A DNA stretch of 12,291 nt from Thermovirgaceae bacterium (GTDB lineage Bacteria > Synergistota > Synergistia > Synergistales > Thermovirgaceae). Of the stretch, positions 1 through 6,530 are shown in pieces. Under the pieces are notes generated by a model. The model was not told the DNA's origin, ran no database searches, and saw nothing but the letters and a program-made list of their open reading frames with translations. The stretch's first letter is position 1, and each line of letters starts with the position of its first letter. A program made the position numbers and the translations under genes. Where the stretch lies: assembly GCA_046542505.1 (NCBI GenBank), contig JBKHBH010000063.1, positions 1-12,291 on the forward strand, in the 5' to 3' direction.

Positions 1-39
1 GACATTTTACGCATTTTTCTAAACCTGATAGCGCAATAC

Positions 40-314
40 GCGATGAAGAGGACGTGTACCTTCAAGAGGACGGACAGAGATGGGGGTTCACCGGCTGAAA
101 GGCCCTCTCCGAAAACCGTTGAAGGGAAAACCCCCTCCGAGCAGGATCCGAGGCCCTTTTAAAGGGATAAGGTGACGGGGTTTCGCCCCTTATAGCGAGG
201 CAAGCGCCGTAGGGCCCCCGGTTTCGGAGGGGCTCACGGAAGCGGAGTGGAACCGCGGGAAGCGATATGTATGCCCTTCCCGTCTCCTGCAGGAGACGGG
301 AAGGGCATTTTTTT
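40..314 (+). ncRNA. T-box riboswitch leader, probable Thr (ACC) specifier, transcription attenuation type
   Basis: Stem I base GCGATGAAGAGG (40-51), with GAGG pairing to CCTC (134-137). CCTTCAA (59-65) pairs with TTGAAGG (119-125). AGAGA bulge at 76-80, GCTGAAA distal loop at 94-100. Specifier-loop 3' side GAAAACCC (126-133) contains ACC at 130-132. T-box AAGCGGAGTGGAACCGCG at 240-257; antiterminator GGAG (244-247) pairs with CTCC (284-287). Terminator follows, and the element lies directly upstream of threonine biosynthesis genes. Confidence 0.95.
271..314 (+). terminator. Intrinsic terminator of the T-box leader
   Basis: Perfect inverted repeat ATGCCCTTCCCGTCTCCTG/CAGGAGACGGGAAGGGCAT (271-308) running into a T tract that ends at 314. 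Its 5' arm overlaps the 3' strand of the antiterminator, so the two structures are mutually exclusive. Confidence 0.93.
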
Positions 315-354
315 GTATTTTCAGGCTCATGAAACCGGAGGAGGTAGATGAAGC

Positions 355-1398
355 ATGGCGGGGATATTGGCACGGTACGAAAAACTGTTTCCCCTGACAC
401 CAGGTACGCCGCGACTGGACCTCGGTGAGGGTAATACCCCCCTTTTGCCCTTCCCGAAGCTTGGAAAGAGCCTCGGGATAGAGCTGTTCGGAAAGTTCGA
501 AGGAGTAAACCCAACGGGGTCCTTCAAGGATCGCGGCATGGTTTTGGCGGTGTCTAAAGCCCTTGAGGAGGGTGTGAGGGCAATCGTCTGCGCCTCGACA
601 GGCAATACATCGGCTTCGGCTGCCGCCTACGCCGCCCGTGCGGGAATCCCCTGCCACGTCTTGCTTCCCGCCGGCAAGGTCGCCCTTGGGAAGCTTGCCC
701 AGGCGGTTATCCATGGTGCGAGGGTGATCGCTGTCAAGGGTGATTTCGACAGGGCTCTGGAACTTGCACGTCATGTGGCCGTCGAGCGGAACCTGGCCAT
801 CGTCAATTCTGTCAACCGCTATCGACTTTGGGGACAACGGAGCGGTGCCTGGGAAGTGTGCGACGAACTGGAGGCTGCCCCCGATGCCATGGTTCTTCCC
901 GTCGGGAATGCGGGAAACATTACCGCGTGGTGGGCTGGGTACGTGCAGTACGCGCGGTACGGCAAATGCTCCGGGGCTCCCTCCATGTTTGGTGTCCAGG
1001 CCGCCGGGGCTGCGCCGCTTGTTTCGCGCAGACTCTGTGAAAAACCCGAGACGGTCGCAACGGCGATCCGGATCGGGCGTCCTGTCAACGGTCCGAGAGC
1101 ACGATGGGCCGTAAAGATGAGTGGTGGTGCTTTTTTTGCCGTTTCCGACGAGGAAATTCTTGATGCCCAGAAACTTCTCGCGTCGGAAGAGGGAGTTTTC
1201 GCCGAACCCGCTTCCTGTGCCGGGATTGCCGGACTTTCGAAAATGGCTGAAGAAGGCAGGCTGAAGCGGGGTACGAGGGTCGTGGCCGTTTTGACGGGAA
1301 CAGGGCTTAAGGATCCCGGCGCGGTGCTTGACCGAGTGGAACCTCCCGTTGAGATCGAGGCGCAGCGGGAGACGCTTCTGGAGGTGATGGAGCTGTGA
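355..1398 (+). CDS. thrC: Threonine synthase (short, fold-type II PLP enzyme)
   Basis: Motifs LGEGNTPL, NPTGSFKDRG (PLP lysine), CASTGNTSASAAAYAARAG, VLPVGNAGNI, ATAIRIG, EGVFAEPAS, TGxGLKDP. SD GGAGGAGG at 337-344. Confidence 0.96.
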   Translation: MAGILARYEKLFPLTPGTPRLDLGEGNTPLLPFPKLGKSLGIELFGKFEGVNPTGSFKDRGMVLAVSKALEEGVRAIVCASTGNTSASAAAYAARAGIPCHVLLPAGKVALGKLAQAVIHGARVIAVKGDFDRALELARHVAVERNLAIVNSVNRYRLWGQRSGAWEVCDELEAAPDAMVLPVGNAGNITAWWAGYVQYARYGKCSGAPSMFGVQAAGAAPLVSRRLCEKPETVATAIRIGRPVNGPRARWAVKMSGGAFFAVSDEEILDAQKLLASEEGVFAEPASCAGIAGLSKMAEEGRLKRGTRVVAVLTGTGLKDPGAVLDRVEPPVEIEAQRETLLEVMEL

Positions 1399-2348
1399 AA
1401 GTTTCGGGGATGAGGGTACGTGTTCCGGCGACGACGGCGAACCTTGGATCCGGCTTTGATACTGTCGGGCTGGCGCTGACGCTATACAACTTTTACGACG
1501 TGATCGGCTTCGATGAGACGGGCGCCTACAAGGTGGAGATCATCGGGGAAGGGAGTTCCGAACTGTCAGATTCCGCGTCGAACCTTGTGATCAGAAGCTA
1601 TGAGGAAGCCTGTAGCGAATGGGGGATCGAACCCCCGGGACTGGTTTTGAGGTGCCTGAATGCAATCCCCTTGTGCCGGGGTCTTGGAAGCAGCGCCAGC
1701 GCAGTGGCGGGCGGCGTGTTGATGGCGAACGGACTGCGGGAGGATCCTCTCCCTTTGGAAAAGCTTCTGCCCTTGATGGTAAAAATCGAGGGTCATCCGG
1801 ACAACGTGGTCCCCTGCTGCTTCGGTGGTCTCGTCGTGAGTTGTGCGGACGGTGATGACCTCCGGTACGTCAAGCTGCCGCCTCCCCCTGAAAGAATTAC
1901 AGCTGTAGTTGCCGTTCCGGATGTCCAGGTCAAAACGGAAGACGCACGAAAGGCTCTTCCAGAGCAGGTTGCCATGGAGGATGCAGTCTTTTCGCTGAAT
2001 CGGGCGGCGCTTCTGGCGGCTTCCTGGGCGGCGGGCAAATGGGAGAACCTGCCATGGGCCATGGATGACCGGCTTCATCAGCCCTTCAGGTCAAAGCTTT
2101 TCCCCGGCGGCGACCGGATTCTGGATGCCGTCAGAAACGTTGAAAACTGCCTCGGCGTGGCAATCAGCGGATCGGGTCCGAGCGTGCTTGCCATGGCGCA
2201 GGGGTCTCCGCGCCACGTGGCCGAGGCCATGTGCCGGATCTTTTCCGAAAAGGGCGTGAGGTCGAGGTTTTTTGTTCTCAATGTGGATGAGCAGGGTGCC
2301 ACAGTCGCAAGGATGCCCCTGGACGAAAGCACAGCGGAGGTGGTCTGA
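1395..2348 (+). CDS. thrB: Homoserine kinase (GHMP family)
   Basis: Motifs VRVPATTANLGSGFD, IPLCRGLGSSASA, IEGHPDNV, DRLHQPFR, ISGSGPS. The GTG start overlaps the thrC stop (GTGA); ATG 1410 is an alternative start. Confidence 0.96.
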   Translation: MKVSGMRVRVPATTANLGSGFDTVGLALTLYNFYDVIGFDETGAYKVEIIGEGSSELSDSASNLVIRSYEEACSEWGIEPPGLVLRCLNAIPLCRGLGSSASAVAGGVLMANGLREDPLPLEKLLPLMVKIEGHPDNVVPCCFGGLVVSCADGDDLRYVKLPPPPERITAVVAVPDVQVKTEDARKALPEQVAMEDAVFSLNRAALLAASWAAGKWENLPWAMDDRLHQPFRSKLFPGGDRILDAVRNVENCLGVAISGSGPSVLAMAQGSPRHVAEAMCRIFSEKGVRSRFFVLNVDEQGATVARMPLDESTAEVV

Positions 2349-2349
2349 C

Positions 2350-3567
2350 GTGGCTCTTGAGGTCGTAAAATTCGGCGGCAGTTCCCTGCGGTCTCTTGAA
2401 GACATGAAAGCTGCGGCCGCAAGGATCGCAGGATTCAGAAAGCATGGCTCCGACGTGGTGGTTGTCGTTTCCGCCATGCAGGGAAGCACCGACAGCCTCC
2501 TGAATCTTGCTGGCAGGCTCAAAATCGGGGGCCACTGCCGCGAAGTGGATCAGCTTCTTTCAACAGGGGAACAGCAAAGCGTCGCTCTCCTGGCGATGTC
2601 TTTAGACCGGGAAGGTTTTGAAGCCCTTTCCCTTTCAGGACCCCAGGCGGGTATTTATGGTACGGGGCGCTATGGTGACGGCAGGATAACGAGAGTCGAT
2701 CCGGGTCCTGTCTCGAAGATCCTGGCGCGGGGAAGGATTCCGATTGTCGCGGGGTTCCAGGCCAGAAAGGGCGACGGGGACGTGATCACCCTGGGACGGG
2801 GAGGTTCCGATTTGTCCGCGGTGGCCCTTGCCGCTGCCCTTGAAGCCGACGGATGTTCCATCCTCAAGGACGTGACGGCGGTGTATTCGGCCGATCCCGG
2901 AATTGTCCGGAATGCGAGAAAGCTGGAGCAGATTTCCTACGAGGAATGCATGGAGATGGCTGCCGCAGGAGCCAAGGTTATTCAGGCGAGAAGCGTGGAG
3001 CTGGCGGCCCGTTACTCGGTTCCGGTCTACGTGGCCGGGAGTTTTTCAGAAGAAAAGGGGACGTGGATCATGAAAGAAGATGTTTGCGAAAGCCTTGTCG
3101 TTCGCTCGATTGCCAGCGACAGAAATGTGGCCAAGGTGGCTGTTTTGGGCGTTCCGGACATTCCGGGCATCGCCGCCGGTCTCTTCGGGCGTTTGAGCGT
3201 CGGTGGCGTCGGTGCCGAGATGATTATTCAGAGCGTCATGCGCGGGCAGGTGAATGACATTGCCTTTTTGGTCAAAAAGGAAATTCTGGGGGAGGCCATC
3301 GACATCTGCAGGGATATCGTCAGGGAGATTGGCGCCCAGGGAGTAGCCTTCGACACGGAAATCGGAAAGGTTACCGTCATCGGGGCGGGGATAGCGAACC
3401 ATCCGGAAATCCCGTCGCGGATGTTTTCCAACCTTGCTGCGGAAGACATCAATATTGATATGATATCCTCAACATCCATGTCAATTACCTGTGTCGTTGC
3501 GGCGGGGGACGTGGACAGGGCCGTGAAATCCCTACACAGGGAATTCATAGGGGAAGATGCCTCATGA
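2350..3567 (+). CDS. lysC: Aspartate kinase with two C-terminal ACT domains (405 aa)
   Basis: Motifs VVKFGGSS, VVVVSAM, LSTGEQ, TLGRGGSD, ACT repeats GVPDIPGIAA and NIDMISST. Start reassigned from 2272 to GTG 2350, 1 nt after the thrB stop, with SD GGAGG at 2336-2340. Confidence 0.95.
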   Translation: MALEVVKFGGSSLRSLEDMKAAAARIAGFRKHGSDVVVVVSAMQGSTDSLLNLAGRLKIGGHCREVDQLLSTGEQQSVALLAMSLDREGFEALSLSGPQAGIYGTGRYGDGRITRVDPGPVSKILARGRIPIVAGFQARKGDGDVITLGRGGSDLSAVALAAALEADGCSILKDVTAVYSADPGIVRNARKLEQISYEECMEMAAAGAKVIQARSVELAARYSVPVYVAGSFSEEKGTWIMKEDVCESLVVRSIASDRNVAKVAVLGVPDIPGIAAGLFGRLSVGGVGAEMIIQSVMRGQVNDIAFLVKKEILGEAIDICRDIVREIGAQGVAFDTEIGKVTVIGAGIANHPEIPSRMFSNLAAEDINIDMISSTSMSITCVVAAGDVDRAVKSLHREFIGEDAS

Positions 3568-4550
3568 AGGTGGCCGTACTTGGCGCGACGGGACTTGTCG
3601 GGAGCGAAATGCTGAAGGTTCTCGAAAAGCGGGACTTCCCGGCGGAAGAAATCCTGCCGCTTGCCTCGCTGCGTTCCGCGGGTCGAAGGGTTCGGTTTTC
3701 GGGCTGCGAAATCCCCGTACGGGCCGTTTGTGACAGTGCTTTCGACGGAGTGGACATCGCCCTTTTTTCGGCCGGTGCCGATGCCTCGAGAACGTGGGCT
3801 TCTGTTGCCGCTGCAAAGGGCACCGTCGTGATTGACAACAGTTCGGCCTGGCGGATGGATCCAAAGGTGCCGCTGGTGGTTCCCGAGGTGAATCCCGAAG
3901 ATGCGGAAAGTCACCACGGGATTATCGCCAACCCCAATTGCGCGACCATTCAGGCCGTGACGGCCCTCAAGCCCCTCCATGACGCGGCCGGGCTGGAAGC
4001 GGTCTCCGTTGTGACTTTTCAGTCCGTGTCGGGAACGGGAAGGCGCGGCCTCGATGCATTGACCGGCGGAACGGAGTCGATCCTGGAGGGAAAGGATGCC
4101 GATGCGGGCCCTTATCCACGGCCGATCGCCTTCGATGTTCTGCCTGAAATCGGTGAAATCGGCCCCGACGGAATAAGTGGTGAGGAACGGAAGATGATCC
4201 TGGAATCAAGGAAAATCCTTCACCTTCCCGACCTCGCCGTAACGTGTACGGCCGTTCGTGTGCCCGTTTTTCGGGGGCATGCCGAAGCGGTGACGGCTGC
4301 CTTCAGGGAACCGCTGGATCCGCAGACGGCGTGCAGGCTTCTCGACGGGGCTTTGGGTGTCGCCTGTTGCGACGGTTCTCAAAAGGGGTGGTACGTAACT
4401 TCCCGGGAAGCGGCGGGTACCGATGATGTGTTTGTGGGACGAGTACGAAGCGGGGGAGGGGGGAAGAAAGAACTTTCTTTCTGGGTGGCGGCGGACAACC
4501 TGCGAAAGGGAGCTGCCCTCAACGCCGTGCAGATAGCGGAAATCCTCTGA
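3564..4550 (+). CDS. asd: Aspartate-semialdehyde dehydrogenase
   Basis: Rossmann motif VAVLGATGLVG, IDNSSAWRMDP, IIANPNC (catalytic Cys), QSVSGTG, VRVPVFRGH, DNLRKGAALNAVQIAE. ATGA overlap with the lysC stop. Confidence 0.97.
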   Translation: MKVAVLGATGLVGSEMLKVLEKRDFPAEEILPLASLRSAGRRVRFSGCEIPVRAVCDSAFDGVDIALFSAGADASRTWASVAAAKGTVVIDNSSAWRMDPKVPLVVPEVNPEDAESHHGIIANPNCATIQAVTALKPLHDAAGLEAVSVVTFQSVSGTGRRGLDALTGGTESILEGKDADAGPYPRPIAFDVLPEIGEIGPDGISGEERKMILESRKILHLPDLAVTCTAVRVPVFRGHAEAVTAAFREPLDPQTACRLLDGALGVACCDGSQKGWYVTSREAAGTDDVFVGRVRSGGGGKKELSFWVAADNLRKGAALNAVQIAEIL

Positions 4551-4564
4551 TTGCGGCTCGGGAA

Positions 4565-4594
4565 ATGAAATGGGACTCCGCCTTGGGGTAGAAT
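4565..4594 (+). promoter_or_regulatory. Possible sigma-70 promoter for the lptA-lptB unit
   Basis: TAGAAT (-10-like) at 4589-4594 in the 84-nt gap after asd. The -35 match is weak (ATGAAA 4565-4570, 18-nt spacer). Confidence 0.3.
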
Positions 4595-4634
4595 AGGCGC
4601 GTGTTGTATCTTCGGGGCCACATCGAAAGGGCAG

Positions 4635-5303
4635 GTGTTGCATGATATGAGGCCTTCATTTCCGGCGGTCTGTCTGGGGCTTTTGATAGTGTTTTTCCTC
4701 TGGGCTCCCGCGTCGGGCGAAACCTACGAAATGGTGTCGGACACTCTGGAGTATGATCCGGAAACTGACATGATCAGGGCGGAAGGGAACGTGAAGATCA
4801 CCGGCGAAAACATGAACGCCATGGCGCAGCGGGGGGAAGCGACGGCTGACGGCATTGTCATGAAACTTTATGGCGAGGTGGACGCCTCATGGGAGAATGG
4901 CCGGCGAAAGATTCTCTGCGACGAGCTTGAATCCGAGACGGAAGGGGACAGCCGTCGGATCAGGGCGGAAAACGTACGACGTTTCGAGGATGCCGACATG
5001 GATGTGGTCCTCAGGGCCGACAACGTCAGGGGCCTGATGAAAGAAGGCGTCTTTATCAACCTGGAAGCCCGGGGAAATGTCAAGGCGGATACAACTACGG
5101 CCGACGGACGGCCGACGACTGTGACCTCCCGCGCAGCGGATTACGACAAAACGAGGGGAGTTCTGGTCTTTTTCGGCGATGCCAGGGCGGTTCAGCCGGG
5201 ACGGACCCTAACGGCCGACCGGTTGATATACAGTATCGAAACAGGCCGGATCGAAGCGGAAGGAAACCCCAGGATCCTCGTCGAGATGGAACAGGAGAGC
5301 TAA
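4635..5303 (+). CDS. LptA/OstA-like periplasmic beta-jellyroll protein (LPS transport bridge)
   Basis: Signal peptide ([17 protein letters not shown]), repeated AEGNV/ARGNV/AEGNP beta-turn motifs, LTADRLIY segment typical of OstA domains, located directly upstream of lptB. Start could be GTG 4635, TTG 4638 or ATG 4647. Confidence 0.75.
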   Translation: MLHDMRPSFPAVCLGLLIVFFLWAPASGETYEMVSDTLEYDPETDMIRAEGNVKITGENMNAMAQRGEATADGIVMKLYGEVDASWENGRRKILCDELESETEGDSRRIRAENVRRFEDADMDVVLRADNVRGLMKEGVFINLEARGNVKADTTTADGRPTTVTSRAADYDKTRGVLVFFGDARAVQPGRTLTADRLIYSIETGRIEAEGNPRILVEMEQES

Positions 5304-5310
5304 AACAACG

Positions 5311-6039
5311 ATGCAGGATAAATATCTCTGGGCAAGAAGCCTCAGTAAATCCTACAAGGGACGGACCGTCGTCTCCTCGGTCAACCTGACCGTCCGACAG
5401 GGCGAGATCGTAGGTCTCCTGGGCCCCAACGGTGCGGGGAAGACGACCACCTTCTACATGGTCTTGGGCATCGTCAAACCCGATGGCGGAAGGGTCCTGA
5501 TAGACAACGAGGATGTGACGGATCTGCCTATGTACAAAAGGGCACGGCTTGGAATCGGGTACCTGCCCCAGGAGGCTTCAGCCTTTCGCAATCTCACTGT
5601 GGAGGAGAATCTTCACCTTGTCCTTGAGGAACAGGGTGTCACCGAAGAGGAAAAGAAAAACGTTACGGAAAGCCTCATAGAGGAGTTCAATCTGCAGGAA
5701 GTAGTCGACTTGCACGGTTTTGCCCTGAGCGGCGGCGAGCGTCGTCGCCTGGAAATCGCCAGGAGCCTGGCCATTGACCCGGCATTTATCCTCCTCGATG
5801 AACCATTCAGCGGAATCGACCCCATAGCCGTCTACGACATCCAACAGATTATCCTCGGTCTCAGGACAAAAGGCTACGGTATCCTGCTCACGGATCACAG
5901 CGTCCGTGAAACGCTGGCCATAACGGACAGGACGTATCTGATACACCAGGGCAGCATCCTGATAGAAGGAGCCCCCGAGGAGGTGGCCGAGAGCGAAGTG
6001 GCGAGAAAGTTTTATCTTGGTGACCGATTCTCGTGGTGA
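5311..6039 (+). CDS. lptB: LPS export ABC transporter ATP-binding protein
   Basis: Walker [27 protein letters not shown], signature [13 protein letters not shown], Walker [24 protein letters not shown]-terminal YLGDRF typical of LptB. Confidence 0.95.
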   Translation: MQDKYLWARSLSKSYKGRTVVSSVNLTVRQGEIVGLLGPNGAGKTTTFYMVLGIVKPDGGRVLIDNEDVTDLPMYKRARLGIGYLPQEASAFRNLTVEENLHLVLEEQGVTEEEKKNVTESLIEEFNLQEVVDLHGFALSGGERRRLEIARSLAIDPAFILLDEPFSGIDPIAVYDIQQIILGLRTKGYGILLTDHSVRETLAITDRTYLIHQGSILIEGAPEEVAESEVARKFYLGDRFSW

Positions 6040-6488
6040 AGAGGGCGGAGTTTCCGCCAGGACCCCGAGAAAAGCGACTTGACGACGACGTCGACGGCTT
6101 TTTTGACGGCCGGTGTTAGGCTCTCTCCTGGTGCGAGGTGAAGGGGCTGGATGGCGATAATGCTGGTTTCCGCAGGAGCCGACCGGGGTGCGAGCAGCAG
6201 GGAGAGGGGAATTCCGTGGGTCGAGAAATTCACATCCCTGATGTCATCAATGGTTGCCAGGCGGATGTCGCCGGGTTCAAGGCCCATGTCAGCGGCATCG
6301 ATCACAATGAGCCGCCCTGCTTTTCCTTTTGGAAGGGTGGAAAGGTAGTTTTCCGGAACGGTACCGCATTCTACGATTTTCCACCCTTTTGGTGCCTTTT
6401 TCGCGAGGCGCCGGACAACCAGGAGGCCCGCGGCGTCATCGCCGAGCAGTTCGTTCCCGAGTCCCCAAATGACCGTTTCTGCCTGCAT
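6012..6488 (-). CDS. hycI: Hydrogenase maturation endopeptidase, HycI-like (peptidase A31), 158 aa
   Basis: Motifs [45 protein letters not shown] 6488 is preceded by SD GAAAGGA on the minus strand. The 3' end overlaps the lptB 3' end by 28 nt. Confidence 0.88.
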   Translation of the reverse strand: MQAETVIWGLGNELLGDDAAGLLVVRRLAKKAPKGWKIVECGTVPENYLSTLPKGKAGRLIVIDAADMGLEPGDIRLATIDDIRDVNFSTHGIPLSLLLAPRSAPAETSIIAIQPLHLAPGESLTPAVKKAVDVVVKSLFSGSWRKLRPLHHENRSPR

Positions 6489-6530
6489 AGAAAAACATCC
6501 TTTCTTCAAAATTGACTGAGGAGGTTTCAA

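Noticed and set aside
1..30. Possible promoter for the T-box leader (GACA at 1-4, TAAACC at 20-25)
   Set aside because: The -35 element would be cut by the window edge, and the spacing and -10 match are poor.
62..837. Minus-strand ORFs 62-514 and 190-837
   Set aside because: They overlap the T-box leader and thrC in antisense and have no protein motifs. The region is fully explained by the riboswitch and thrC.
2272..2349. N-terminal extensions in the ORF track for lysC (also tsaD 8831, groES 10112, groEL 10428, hycI 6530)
   Set aside because: The downstream starts have SD sequences and match family N-termini, while the extensions overlap neighbouring genes or RBS regions.
6044..6058. GGCGGA-GTT-TCCGCC hairpin just after the lptB stop
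   Set aside because: Only 6 bp, with no U tract on either strand, and it lies within the hycI coding sequence. Not supportable as a terminator.
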